Positions 1 through 14,024 of a DNA stretch of 64,000 nucleotides are shown here, one piece after another. Each line of letters starts with the position of its first letter. Position 1 is the stretch's first letter. Source of the stretch: Macrostomum lignano (Eukaryota); NCBI GenBank assembly GCA_002269645.1, contig NIVC01001151.1, forward strand, positions 186,001 to 250,000, given 5' to 3'. The notes beneath the pieces are model-generated. The model had not been told where the DNA came from. It worked only from the letters and a program-made list of their open reading frames with translations, and ran no database searches. Position numbers and translations under genes: made by a program.

Positions 1-739
1 CGGAATCGCTTGTCCGCAAAGTGAGGCTGATTCCATGTTCCACTTTAGCGTTGAAGATGGCAGTGCAGAATACCTCACAGCGAGGCGTGACTTCGTGTGG
101 AAGAGTCTGCTGGAGTCGGACTCAGCATGGAAGTTCATGTTCGATCCCGACCGAAAGCTGAATTTCCCATTCCTGCCCGACCACATGAGACACATTAAAC
201 TGGCATTCCCGTGGCGGGTGCCCTACAGGAGCTGCGACTGTGTCTTCATCAACTTTCACGCTCTGTACAAGGCGCTCCAACTCGAGGCGAGGAAGCTGAG
301 CGGAGATGATGAAGGAGTCAACACGTTGCTAGGAGACTTTGGTTCCACCAGACTGGACACTCAGGAGCTGCTGATGATGCTGCATTACTGCAGCGATGAG
401 GCGAAGCTGGTTGAGATCATTCACAGCAACAGACAGATGATTGTGGACACTGGACTGGCTGGGCCCGTGCTGAGGATCCTGGATGAGAGGGTGAGTTCTC
501 GCGATTTCTGTCCTGCTTGACTTTCTCGAATTTCGTCTTGCGCTGAGAAGCCGATGTGAAAATCGAAATTGCAGCCGGCACTGCGCCAGCGATGCGTTCG
601 AGCGACTTGGGCGAAGGTGGAGGAGCTGATCAGCCAGAGAGAGCTCTCATCGGCCGAGGAGCGGCGTCGGGTGGAGCTGAGGATGTGGAGAGCGAGGCAT
701 TTCCTGTGGGAGAAGGAGGGGATCGAGTCTGATGATTGA
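1..739 (+). CDS. 3' end of a second copy of the Mab-21/cGAS-like nucleotidyltransferase gene (partial; exons <1..490 and 575..739)
   Basis: Near-identical to 35545..36283 (offset 35544). Donor AGG|GTGAGT at 490/491, acceptor TTGCAG|CCG at 574/575, phase 0. Last exon PALRQRCVRATWAKVEELISQ...EGIESDD* (TGA 737-739). The tracked ORF tail VSSRDFCPA is probably intronic. Confidence 0.75.
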
Positions 740-1228
740 CAGGTGAGTGACAGAGACTGATGATTGACAGGTGAGTGACTGAGGCTGATGATTGACAGGT
801 GAGTGACTGAGGCTGATGATTGACAGGTGAGAGACTGAGGCTGGTGATTGACAGGTGAGTGACTGAGTCTGATGATTGACAGGTGAGTGACTGAGGCTGA
901 TGATTGACAGGTGAGTGACTGAGGCTGGTGATTGACAGGTGAGTGACTGAGGCTGGTGGTTGACAGGTGAGTGACTGAGGCTGGTGGTTGACAGGTGAGT
1001 GACTGAGGCTGATGATTGACAGGTGAGTGACTGAGTCTGATGATTGACAGGTGAGTGACTGAGGCTGGTGATTGACAGGTGAGTGACTGAGGCTGGTGGT
1101 TGACAGGTGAGTGACTGAGGCTGGTGGTTGACAGGTGAGTGACTGAGGCTGATGATTGACAGGTGAGTGACTGAGGCTGATAAGTGACAGGTGAGTGACT
1201 GAGGCTGATGATTGACAGGTGAGTGACT
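728..1228 (+). repeat. 28-bp minisatellite (GATGATTGACAGGTGAGTGACTGAGGCT), ~18 copies
   Basis: Read directly; the unit contains the last codons, the stop codon and CAG|GTGAGT. Confidence 0.95.
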
Positions 1229-1564
1229 AAGGGAAAGTCTCCAGCCTCCCCATTTCCCATTGCAGGCGCAGCCGCGCCGCAGCTCAAGGATGTCCGGCTT
1301 TGCAGAATTTTTATCGATTTTTGTGCGCCGCGTCTTTTGCCCGTTTTGCCCAGCTGACTGACCCCCAGCTGACTGACCCCGCAGAGGATCCCAGTGCAGC
1401 TTTGAGCCTCAGTGGGGCAGCTGCAGTGCCGCTGAGCTGAAATGCAGTGCAAAATGCAGTGTAAAATGCAGTGCAAAATGCAGTGCAAAATGCAGTGCAA
1501 AATGCAGTGTACCATGGCTCAGGGATAAGATTCTGTGAGCCTCACCTCACCATATGGAGCTTCC

Positions 1565-1866
1565 ATATCCCAGATCCCATATCCCAGATCCTAGATCCCA
1601 GATCCTAGATCCCAGATCCTAGATCCCAGATCGCAAATTCCAGATCCCAAATCCCAGATCCCAAATCCCAGATCCCAAATCCCAGATCCCAAATCCCAGA
1701 TCCCAAATCCCAGATCCCAAATCCCAGATTCCAAATCCCAGATCCTAAATCCCAGATCCCAAATCCCAGATCCCTAATCCCAGATTCCAAATCCCAGATT
1801 CCAAATCCCAGATTCCAAATCCCAGATCCCACATCCCAGATCCCACATCCCAGATCCCATATCCCA
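1565..1866. repeat. ATCCCAG/ATCCCAA 7-14-bp tandem repeat
   Basis: Read directly; paralogous array at ~37140-37335. Confidence 0.9.
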
Positions 1867-2439
1867 GAAGCAGTCAGTTGAAATCCCAGCTTCAGTGCTG
1901 ACGCCCTTCATACCTTCTGTAATGCTGGCTCAGCAGCTCTCAGACTTTATTTTGGTCAGTTCTGCTTTTGCTGACTTGATTTTCCTGTCAATTGCTTCCG
2001 TGCTGTAAATTGCTGCTTTTTTGAGCTGTGCTCAAATTCTTCCTGTTCTCTCATGTGCCGCCGTTTTTAACTGCTTTGTTTTACTTGTCGCAGTGTTTGT
2101 TTAAATGTCCATTTCAAATTTGTTAAAATGCTGTGTCAGGCTCTGCCACTCCCATTGCTACTCAAAGTAGAGCAGGCTGATTCTGTGCTGCCAATGACAG
2201 CTGCTCACGCGATCCTCATTTTACTGATTTCCCTTGGAGCCTCAGAGCTGCTCTGACCTGAGTCTCTGGTGGCTCAGGCATCTCAACTGACCTCAGGCCA
2301 CGGCTGTCAGCATTTCATTGTTTAATGCTGAGCAGCTGGGACTCAGGCCGGGTTCTCCCCAGATCGTCAGGGCTGGTGCAATCCACTGGGGTCCTCGCGA
2401 TTCTTCCCAACGTCTGTCCTTTTGGTTTCTGTGGTGTCC

Positions 2440-2945
2440 TCCCTGATCCCTGTGATCTCCCTGATCCCTGTGTTCTCTCTGATCCCTGAAATCTCCCTGA
2501 TCCCTGTGTTCTCCCTGATCCCTGTGTTCTCCCTGATCCCCGTGATCTCCCTGATCCCTTTGATCTCCCTGATCCCTGTGTTCTCCCTGATCCCTGTGTT
2601 CTCCCTGATCCCTGTGTTCTCCCTGTGTTCTCCCCGATCCCTGTGTTCTCCCTGATCCCTGTGATCTCCCTGATCCCTGTGATCTTCCTGATCCCTGTGT
2701 TCTCCCTGATCCCTGTGTTCTCCCTGTGTTCTCCCTGATCCCTGTGTTCTCCCTGTGTTCTCCCTGATCCCTGTGTTCTCCCGGATCCCTGAAATCTCCC
2801 TGATCCCCGTGTTCTCCCGGATCCCTGAAATCTCCCTGATCCCTGTGTTCTCCCTGATCCCTGTGTTCTCCCTGATCCCTGTGTTCTCCCTGATCCCTGT
2901 GTTCTCCCTGATCCCTGTGTTCTCCCTGATCCCTGTGTTCTCCCT
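2440..2945. repeat. 18-bp minisatellite (CCCTGATCCCTGTGTTCT)
   Basis: Read directly; source of the spurious SLIPVF/GIRENT ORFs. Confidence 0.95.
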
Positions 2946-3210
2946 GACCCTCCTGACAATGCTGTCAGCTGTCCCTGACCCTCCTGACAATGCTGTCAGC
3001 TGTCCCTGACCCTCCTGACAAAGCTGTCAGCTGTTCCTGACCCTCCTGACAATGCTGTCAGCTGTCCCTGACCCTCCTGACAAGGCTGTCAGCTGTCCCT
3101 GACCACCCTGACAATGCTGTCAGCTGTCCCTGACCCTCCTGACAAGGCTGTCAGCTGTCCCTGACCCCCTGACAATGCTGTCAGCTGTCCCTGACCCTCC
3201 TGACAATGCT
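2945..3210. repeat. 30-bp minisatellite (CCTCCTGACAATGCTGTCAGCTGTCCCTGA)
   Basis: Read directly; paralogue at ~40390-40580. Confidence 0.9.
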
Positions 3211-3488
3211 GTTAAGCTGGAGTTTCCATCACGCAGAGCTGCAGTCCGAGCTCCTTGTGAATTCTGTGAGCCAATTGACCTTTTCTCTGCCGTGAGCCAC
3301 CGCTGGTGACAACTGTTGAATTTGTACTTTTAACTTCTCTCTGAGACTTCTCTTAGTCTGCGATGCCCCTCAGTTTTGCTCATTTTGCTCCGCATGGCAA
3401 CCGACTTTATTGCCCCTGGAGACCGTTGTCAAGGCCTGCTGTGTATTTGCTGAGAATTCTATCCGTACCCATAGCCTGCACACCTCAA

Positions 3489-3690
3489 TGCTGACTCACT
3501 GCTGTCAACATTGCTGCCTTGTATGCTTAAAACACCTCAATGCTGACTCACTGCTGTCAACATTGCTGCCTTGTATGCTTAAAACACCTCAATGCTGACT
3601 CACTGCTGTCAACATTGCTGCCTTGTATGCTTAAAACACCTCAATGCTGACTCACTGCTGTCAACATTGCTGCCTTGTATGCCTAAAACA
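3489..3690. repeat. 52-bp tandem repeat, ~4 copies
   Basis: Unit TGCTGACTCACTGCTGTCAACATTGCTGCCTTGTATGCTTAAAACACCTCAA; paralogue at ~40855-41045. Confidence 0.9.
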
Positions 3691-4168
3691 TTTCACTTGT
3701 CACATTTGTCTCCGTGACCAGCATATCAATAAAAGTGGATATTGAAGCCATCTCAGTGTTTCTAAACAAATTTCAATTAACCAAAAGCTGTTCAAGCCTT
3801 AATTTTTTTATTTTTTGTTAAACTTTTAGTAAAAAACAAAAACTCAAACAGCAAGGTGCAAAATAAACCATAAAGATGTCAAATTTAAATGATTGATAAT
3901 TAACATTAATTGGAGAGCAGCTGACAAATCACCGATCAGTTTTCATGGTTTGGAATTTGGAGAATTGAAATAATGACAGTTTTGAGTCCTCAGTCTGAAA
4001 GCTTAAATATTCGATGAAATTCGAAATGGCGCTCAGGTGATACGGATTATTTGTTTAACTAAATCATTTTAACTAATAAAACTACTTGTTTAAATAGTCT
4101 GTCTAATTTCACTACTGCATAAATAGTTTTATTCAGAACTGCAGAAAATAAAAAATATCCACCAACCT

Positions 4169-4406
4169 CAGTGACACCCCAGCTCAGTCAGTGACACCCC
4201 AGCTCAGTCAGTGACACCCCAGCTCAGTCAGTGACACCCCAGCTCAGTCAGTGACACCCCAGCTCAGTCAGTGACACCCCAGCTCAGTCAGTGACACCCC
4301 AGCTCAGTCAGTGACACCCCAGCTCAGTCAGTGACACCCCAGCTCAGTCAGTGACACCCCAGCTCAGTCAGTGACACCCCAGCTCAGTCAGTGGCACCCC
4401 AGCTCA
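4169..4406. repeat. 20-bp minisatellite (CAGTGACACCCCAGCTCAGT)
   Basis: Read directly; the same unit occurs at 6557-6885 and 41523-42062. Confidence 0.95.
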
Positions 4407-4424
4407 GGCTGTCTCTCTACTTTC

Positions 4425-5222
<798 letters not shown>

Positions 5223-5255
5223 GCAGACAGCTAAACCAGCTCCTCCCTTTCCCAG

Positions 5256-6329
5256 GTGAACCCCGGATTCCTCAACATCGATGTTCGCCTATTCGTAGAC
5301 ATCATTCGCGGCGCCGCCGACCTCTACCTGGCGCTGTCGGACCGCACATTCGTGGTGAACAACACCGTAGACGCCAATGGCTTCTGGTCCAATCTGGTCA
5401 GTATCGATTATCAAGCGGCGGCAACGTTGCCAAGGCAACCAGACGGTCGAAGGCGCCGTCGCAGCGTCGTCAGCGACCCGCCAACCCTGTCGGATCGAGT
5501 CCTGGAAGTGAGCGCCAACCCCTACCTGACGTACGTGAGCCTGCCGGTGTCGGGCAGCATCCTGATTGTGAGAAATGCCACCAGGCGCGTCCTCATCACC
5601 ATTCCGTGCCAGAGCTACGAGTTCTCGCTGAACAAATTCTACCTGGTAGTGCAGGGAGTCTCCACAGACGTCAACGTGTCGGGCATTGTGTTCTTCCGTC
5701 AGGACCAGAACCACATCAACCTGCTGGTGTTCTTCTCCATGTTCTTCTCCTGCTTCTTCCTCCTGTTCGGCCTGGTTGTGCTGGCTTGGAAGGCCCGCCA
5801 GGCGCACAGCCGCCGGGTTGCTAGGCAACGCAGGGAACGCGAGCGACAGTCAATGGCGGCAAGGCCGTTCGGTAGGGTGAGACTGATTCTGCCGTGTGCC
5901 ACTACTGACAGTAGCCATGCGGGGCTGGTGAACCCGGTGTGCCTGGAGCCGCTGGTGACCGGAGCTGCTGGCAAAGCTGGCCAGGCCGCAGCCCTGTGCA
6001 CTGTGCTCATCCAGCTGCCCCATCCCCAGCCTGGCGGCTCCTTCTGCCTCGGATCGGCGCTCGTGCTGACGCGAGGTCTGGCTCCGTTTTTGCACGGCAG
6101 AGCGCCGCCGCCTTATCAGCAGCCTCATCATCAGCCTCCGCAGCCTCCGCAGCCTCACCAGCGGCCCGGCCTCCCCCGAGTTGTCATCGCCGACAACGCC
6201 GAAGCTGCCGAGGCCGCCGCCAACGCCGAGATTGTTGTTGAAGATGGCCAGCGCGACGAGGCTGTCGAGCTTGCGACACCAAGCGGCGATGTCCATCGAA
6301 GGGCTGGACAGGCCACATCCAATTGTTGA
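5256..6329 (+). CDS. MEGF8: MEGF8-like (attractin family) terminal exon, copy A: TM helix and cytoplasmic tail
   Basis: Acceptor CTCCCTTTCCCAG|GTG at 5255/5256. [34 protein letters not shown]...MAARPF matches the MEGF8 juxtamembrane/TM motif (QDQAHIDLFVFFSVFFSCFFLFL...MASRPF, from memory). Upstream exons are not in the window. Confidence 0.8.
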   Translation: MNPGFLNIDVRLFVDIIRGAADLYLALSDRTFVVNNTVDANGFWSNLVSIDYQAAATLPRQPDGRRRRRSVVSDPPTLSDRVLEVSANPYLTYVSLPVSGSILIVRNATRRVLITIPCQSYEFSLNKFYLVVQGVSTDVNVSGIVFFRQDQNHINLLVFFSMFFSCFFLLFGLVVLAWKARQAHSRRVARQRRERERQSMAARPFGRVRLILPCATTDSSHAGLVNPVCLEPLVTGAAGKAGQAAALCTVLIQLPHPQPGGSFCLGSALVLTRGLAPFLHGRAPPPYQQPHHQPPQPPQPHQRPGLPRVVIADNAEAAEAAANAEIVVEDGQRDEAVELATPSGDVHRRAGQATSNC

Positions 6330-6556
6330 GAAGACTGAGCTCGAGTTGTGTTTCTTTTCTGACTGTTTTGAGAATCTTGAGAGATGAGCGAAACACTAAA
6401 TCCTAATCCCTAATCCATCATTCCGATCCCGAATCCCATCATCCCAATCCCAAATTCCATCATCCCAATCCCAAATCCCATCATCCTAATCCCAAATCCC
6501 ATCATCCCGATCCCAAATCCCATCATCCCGATCCCAAGTAACACCATCCTGATCCC

Positions 6557-7818
<1,262 letters not shown>

Positions 7819-7851
7819 GCAGACAGCTAAACCAGCTCCTCCCTTTCCCAG

Positions 7852-8925
7852 GTGAACCCCGGCTTCCTCAACATCGACGTTCGCCTATTCGTAGACATCA
7901 TTCGCGGCGCCGCCGACCTCTACCTGGCGCTGTCGGACCGCACATTCGTGGTGAACAACACCGTAGACGCCAATGGCTTCTGGTCCAATCTGGTCAGTAT
8001 CGATTATCAAGCGGCGGCAACGTTGCCAAGGCAACCAGACGGTCGAAGGCGCCGTCGCAGTGTCGTCAGCGACCCGCCGACCCTGTCGGATCGAGTCCTG
8101 GAAGTGAGCGCCAACCCCTACCTGACGTACGTGAGCCTGCCGGTGTCGGGCAGCATCCTGATTGTGAGAAATGCCACCAGGCGCGTCTTCATCACCATTC
8201 CGTGCCAGAGCTACGAGTTCTCGCTGATCAAATTCTACCTGGTAGTGCAGGGAGTCTCCACAGACGTCAACGTGTCGGGCATTGTGTTCTTCCGTCAGGA
8301 CCAGAACCACATCAACCTGCTGGTGTTCTTCTCCATGTTCTTCTCCTGCTTCTTCCTCCTGTTCGGCCTGGTTGTGCTGGCTTGGAAGGCCCGCCAGGCG
8401 CACAGCCGCCGGGTTGCTAGGCAACGCAGGGAACGCGAGCGACAGTCAATGGCGGCAAGGCCGTTCGGTAGGGTGAGACTGATTCTGCCGTGTGCCACTA
8501 CTGACAGTAGCCATGCGGGGCTGGTGAACCCGGTGTGCCTGGAGCCGCTGGTGACCGGAGCTGCTGGCAAAGCTGGCCAGGCCGCAGCCCTGTGCACTGT
8601 GCTCATCCAGCTGCCCCATCCCCAGCCTGGCGGCTCCTTCTGCCTCGGATCGGCGCTCGTGCTGACGCGAGGTCTGGCTCCGTTTTTGCACGGCAGAGCG
8701 CCGCCGCCTTATCAGCAGCCTCATCATCAGCCTCCGCAGCCTCCGCAGCCTCACCAGCGGCCCGGCCTCCCCCGAGTTGTCATCGCCGACAACGCCGAAG
8801 CTGCCGAGGCCGCCGCCAACGCCGAGATTGTTGTTGAAGATGGCCAGCGCGACGAGGCTGTCGAGCTTGCGACACCAAGCGGCGATGTCCATCGAAGGGC
8901 TGGACAGGCCACATCCAATTGTTGA
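7852..8925 (+). CDS. MEGF8: MEGF8-like terminal exon, copy B
   Basis: Same acceptor at 7851/7852; 357-aa frame differing from copy A at VLI>VFI and LNK>LIK, plus a few synonymous changes. Confidence 0.8.
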   Translation: MNPGFLNIDVRLFVDIIRGAADLYLALSDRTFVVNNTVDANGFWSNLVSIDYQAAATLPRQPDGRRRRRSVVSDPPTLSDRVLEVSANPYLTYVSLPVSGSILIVRNATRRVFITIPCQSYEFSLIKFYLVVQGVSTDVNVSGIVFFRQDQNHINLLVFFSMFFSCFFLLFGLVVLAWKARQAHSRRVARQRRERERQSMAARPFGRVRLILPCATTDSSHAGLVNPVCLEPLVTGAAGKAGQAAALCTVLIQLPHPQPGGSFCLGSALVLTRGLAPFLHGRAPPPYQQPHHQPPQPPQPHQRPGLPRVVIADNAEAAEAAANAEIVVEDGQRDEAVELATPSGDVHRRAGQATSNC

Positions 8926-8996
8926 GAAGACTGAGCTCGAGTTGTGTTTCTTTTCTGACTGTTTTGAGAATCTTGAGAGATGAGCGAAACACTAAA

Positions 8997-9413
8997 TCCT
9001 AATCCCTAATCCATCATTCCGATCCCGAATCCCATCATCCCAATCCCAAATTCCATCATCCCAATCCCAAATCCCATCATCCTAATCCCAAATCCCATCA
9101 TCCTAATCCCAAATCCCACCATCCCGATCCCAAATCCCATCATCCCAATCCCAAATCCCATCATCCCGATCCCAAATCCCATCATCCCGATCCCAAGTAA
9201 CACCATCCTGATCCCAAATCCCACCATCCTGATCCCAAATCCCATCATCCCGATCCCAAATCCCACCATCCCGATCCCAAATCCCATCATCCCGATCCCG
9301 AATCCCATCATCCTGATCCCAAATCCCATCATCTCGATCCCAAATCCCACCATCCCGATCCCAAATCCCACCATCCCGATCCCAAATCCCATCATCCCGA
9401 TCCCAAATCCCAT
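8997..9413. repeat. 21-bp ATCCC-rich minisatellite (ATCCCAAATCCCATCATCCCG)
   Basis: Read directly; truncated copy at ~6400-6556. Confidence 0.9.
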
Positions 9414-9810
9414 CAGTCAGGCTATCAAAAGCAAAGCTTTATTTTCACTCAATCGCTCACCCAGTCCAGTCACATTTGCAAAGCAATAAGCCGCTGTAAA
9501 AGCAGTCATATTTTTTAATTTGCCAATTTTGTTAAAGTCTTGTCCTGTCTTTGCTGCAAATCGCTTCGCTCGCTCTGCCGCCGCCCACGCACCGCAATTT
9601 CAAATTTCAACTCAAATTCTAAGAAAACAAAATTCCTCACTTGATGGCCCAAATTTTTTGTTTTGATTGACTTTTGTATATCCTGTGCACCTGCTTGTCT
9701 TTCAAATTTCAAACTCACAATTGAAAGTTGATCTCACGCTATATTTTGATTTGTTATTTGGGCCAAATTCTGCTGTGGCATATCAGCGTGGCGTCTTCTG
9801 CTTTTTGCTT

Positions 9811-11199
9811 TCATCCTGTGTTCTGTCTGAACTGAATCCGCCTGACTGCCTGCTTTCCTGTGTTTTGTCTGAACTGAATCCGCCTGACTGCCTGCTTTCC
9901 TGTGTTTTGTCTGAACTGAATCCACCTGACTGCCTGCTTTCCTGTGTTTTGTCTGAACTGAATCCGCCTGACTACCTGCTTTCCTGTGTTTTGTCTGAAC
10001 TGAATCCACCTGACTGCCTGCTTTCCTGTGTTCTGTCTGAACTGAATCCACCTGACTGCCTGCTTTCCTGTGTTTTGTCTGAACTGAATCCGCCTGACTA
10101 CCTGCTTTCCTGTGTTTTGTCTGAACTGAATCCGCCTGACTGCCTGCTTTCCTGTGTTTTGTCTGAACTGAATCCGCCTGACTGCCTGCTTTCCTGTGTT
10201 TTGTCTGAACTGAATCCACCTGACTGCCTGCTTTCCTGTGTTTTGTCTGAACTGAATCCGCCTGACTACCTGCTTTCCTGTGTTTTGTCTGAACTGAATC
10301 CACCTGACTGCCTGCTTTCCTGTGTTCTGTCTGAACTGAATCCACCTGACTGCCTGCTTTCCTGTGTTTTGTCTGAACTGAATCCGCCTGACTACCTGCT
10401 TTCCTGTGTTTTGTCTGAACTGAATCCACCTGACTGCCTGCTTTCCTGTGTTTTGTCTGAACTGAATCCACCTGACTGCCTGCTTTCCTGTGTTCTGTCT
10501 GAACTGAATCCGCCTGACTGCTTGCTTTCCTGTGTTTTGTCTGAACTGAATCCGCCTGACTGCCTGCTTTCCTGTGTTCTGTCTGAACTGAATCCGCCTG
10601 ACTGCTTGCTTTCCTGTGTTTTGTCTGAACTGAATCCGCCTGACTGCCTGCTTTCCTGTGTTTTGTCTGAACTGAATCCACCTGACTGCCTGCTTTCCTG
10701 TGTTTTGTCTGAACTGAATCCGCCTGACTACCTGCTTTCCTGTGTTTTGTCTGAACTGAATCCACCTGACTGCCTGCTTTCCTGTGTTCTGTCTGAACTG
10801 AATCCACCTGACTGCCTGCTTTCCTGTGTTTTGTCTGAACTGAATCCGCCTGACTACCTGCTTTCCTGTGTTTTGTCTGAACTGAATCCACCTGACTGCC
10901 TGCTTTCCTGTGTTTTGTCTGAACTGAATCCACCTGACTGCCTGCTTTCCTGTGTTCTGTCTGAACTGAATCCGCCTGACTGCTTGCTTTCCTGTGTTTT
11001 GTCTGAACTGAATCCGCCTGACTGCCTGCTTTCCTGTGTTCTGTCTGAACTGAATCCGCCTGACTGCTTGCTTTCCTGTGTTCTGTCTGAACTGAATCCG
11101 CCTGACTGCCTGCTTTCCTGTGTTCTGTCTGAACTGAATCCGCCTGACTGCCTGCTTTCCTGTGTTTTGTCTGAACTGAATCCGCCTGACTGCTTGCTT
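9811..11199. repeat. 42-bp minisatellite, ~33 copies
   Basis: Unit TCCTGTGTTTTGTCTGAACTGAATCCGCCTGACTGCCTGCTT; length about 1390/42. Confidence 0.95.
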
Positions 11200-11477
11200 T
11201 ACTGATCACAAAGCCAGAACTTATAAAATTGCAAAGCAAAACTTGTTATCTCACGATTCAAATATTGCTGCACCGATAATGTCAGACGATTTTTAAGCGG
11301 GGTTTTAAGAGAAATGATTGATACTCGTAATTAGGCTGACAAATATTCTGCAGATCTGAATGGCACAAGCGTGTAAAATCATGTGAAATATGTTAATAAA
11401 TTTATTAACTTTTTATGCTTTTTGTTGCTGATTATAACATTTCTGGCTGTGTTAAGGATTTTGTTTAAGGTATTTGT

Positions 11478-11815
11478 GTTGTTCCAGATCCTTCAGGAAT
11501 AGTTCACAATGGTTCCAGATCCTTCAGGAACAGTTAGAATGGTTCCAGATCCTTCAGGAATAGTTCACAATGGTTCCAGATCCTTCAGGAACAGTTCACA
11601 ATGGTTCCAGATCCTTCAGGAATAGTTCACAATGGTTCCAGATCCTTCAGGAATAGTTCACAATGGTTCCAGATCCTTCAGGAACAGTTCACAATGGTTC
11701 CAGATCCTTCAGGAACAGTTCACAATGGTTCCAGATCCTTCAGGAACAGTTAGAATGGTTCCAAATCCTTTAGGAATAGTTGAGAATGGTTCCACATCCT
11801 TCAGGAATACTTCAG
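11478..11815. repeat. 31-bp minisatellite (GTTCCAGATCCTTCAGGAATAGTTCACAATG)
   Basis: Read directly, upstream of WRAP73. Confidence 0.9.
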
Positions 11816-11871
11816 AATGGATCAGAATGCCACAGCAACCCCCGACCCTTGTTGCAGCCAAACCTCAGCTA

Positions 11872-11885
11872 GTCTCCATGGTAAC
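11872..11885. promoter_or_regulatory. RFX X-box (GTCTCCATGGTAAC)
   Basis: Fits GTHNYY-AT-RRNAAC; lies 31 bp before the ATG of a ciliary/centriolar gene. Confidence 0.65.
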
Positions 11886-11916
11886 AGCGTCATCCTAACC
11901 CCAACCGGCGCATCCG

Positions 11917-13712
11917 ATGAACTTCTCCGAGCTCATTCCTTTCTCAGGCGGCAGTCGCCTGGCCAGCTTCTCCCCAAGCGGATTTTACCTGGCCGAGGCG
12001 GCCCAATTTCGGGCGAACGTCCGCGACAGCAAATCCTTGGAGCTGCTGCAGTCCTTCGCCTGCGCCGATCAGATCACGGATTTGGCCTGGTCGCCTGACA
12101 GCCTGTTTCTGATGTGCGTCATGCGCAAGAGGGCGCTGGTGCAGGTGAGGGACTTTAGTTTTGTGTTATTCGATACATATATATCGGCTGTTTGTTTCAA
12201 AATAATTCACAAAGTTGTTTTCGATACATATCGGCTAATAGCTGCACTATAATGCAGATCTTTTACGGTTACCCAACCTTCACCGCTCGCCTTCCCAGGT
12301 GTGGTCCCTTGAGCACCCGGACTGGGCTTGCAAAATTGACGAAGGCGTCGCCGGTTTGGTCGCCGCCTGCTGGGCGCCGGACAGTCGGCGAGTGCTGACC
12401 ACGGCCGACTTTAATCTGCGGGTGACTGTCTGGTCGCTGACTGACAAGACGGTGGCTTATTTGAAGCACCCGAAGGCCTGCTCGAAGTATATAGCGTTCA
12501 GGTGAGCTCTGGAAAAAATGGCACTCGGGTCCTAAAAATGGCAATCTAGTTCTAAAAATGGCAATCTGGTTCTAAAAATGGCACTCGGGTCCTAAAAATG
12601 GCACTCAGGCCCTAAAAATGGCACTCTGGTTCTAAAAATGGCACTCGGGTTCTAAAAATGGCACTCGGGTTCTAAAAATGCACTCGGGTTCTAAAAATGC
12701 ACTCGGGTTCTAAAAATGGCACTCGGGTCCTAAAAATGGCACTCGGGCCCTTAAAATGGCACTCGGGTTCTAAAATGGCACTCGGGGCCTAAAATAACAC
12801 TCGGGTTTCTACTAAAAACTGGATTGCTGATTTCAGAAGTGGCATCAATGATTTCAGAAATGGCATCACTGATTTCAGAAATGGCATCACTGATTTCAGA
12901 AATGGCATCTCGGATTTCATTCCGCCTTCCCCATCCCCAAATCCCCTCAGCTCGGACGGCTGCCTGCTGGCCCTGGCCGAGCGTCGCGGCCTCAAAGACT
13001 GCGTCTCCGTGTTCAACTGCGGCGGTGACACCGGCTGGCAGCTGGTCGCCCATTTCGATGCCGGCACCGAAGACCTGGACGGCCTGGCCTGGTCGCCTGA
13101 CGCCACTGCTCTGGCCTGCTGGGACGGCTGCCTGCGCAGTCGGGTGGCGATTTTCTCGCCGACAGGTTCGCGATGGTTATGGTGATGTTGATGATGATGA
13201 TGATGATGATGATAATGATGATGATGATGGTGATGATAGTGATGTTGATGATGATGATGATGATAATGATGTTGATGATGGTGATGGAGATGGTGACGAA
13301 GTTGATGGTAATGATGGCGATAATGATGATGATGATTGTGATGATGATGATAATGATGATGCTGATGATGATGATGGTGACGAAGTTGATTGTACTGATG
13401 TCGATAATGATTATGATGATTGTGATGGTGATAATTATGATGGTGATGATGATGATGATAATGATGATGATGATGATTGTGATGGTGATAATGGTGATGA
13501 TAATGATGGTGATTATGGTGATGATGATGATGGTGGTGGTGTCGATAGTGATGATAATGATGGTGATAATGGTGATAATGATGATGATGATAATGATGAT
13601 TTTGATGATAATGATGATGGTTGTGATGATAATGATAATGATGTTGATTATGGTGATGATGATGATGATGGTGGTGTCGATAGTGATGATAATGATGGTG
13701 ATAATGGTGATG

Positions 13713-13744
<32 letters not shown>

Positions 13745-13785
13745 AATGATGATTTTGGTGATGATGATGATAATGATGGTGATGA

Positions 13786-13817
<32 letters not shown>

Positions 13818-13851
13818 TTGATAGTGATGATAATGATGGTGATGATGGTGA

Positions 13852-13883
<32 letters not shown>

Positions 13884-13974
13884 TTGATAGTGATGATAAT
13901 GATGGTGATAATGGTGATGATGATGATGATGATGAGGATGTTGATGAAATAATGATGAAATGATAATGATGGTG

Positions 13975-14024
<50 letters not shown>

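Noticed and set aside
421-1515. Cryptic minus-strand gene overlapping the cGLR 3' end
   Set aside because: The coding-like signal at 575-739 is explained by the plus-strand last exon; the rest is repeat, and other frames carry stops that differ between paralogues.
9667-11239. 512-aa and 501-aa ORFs on opposite strands
   Set aside because: Both are translations of a stop-free 42-bp minisatellite; no unique domain or splice context.
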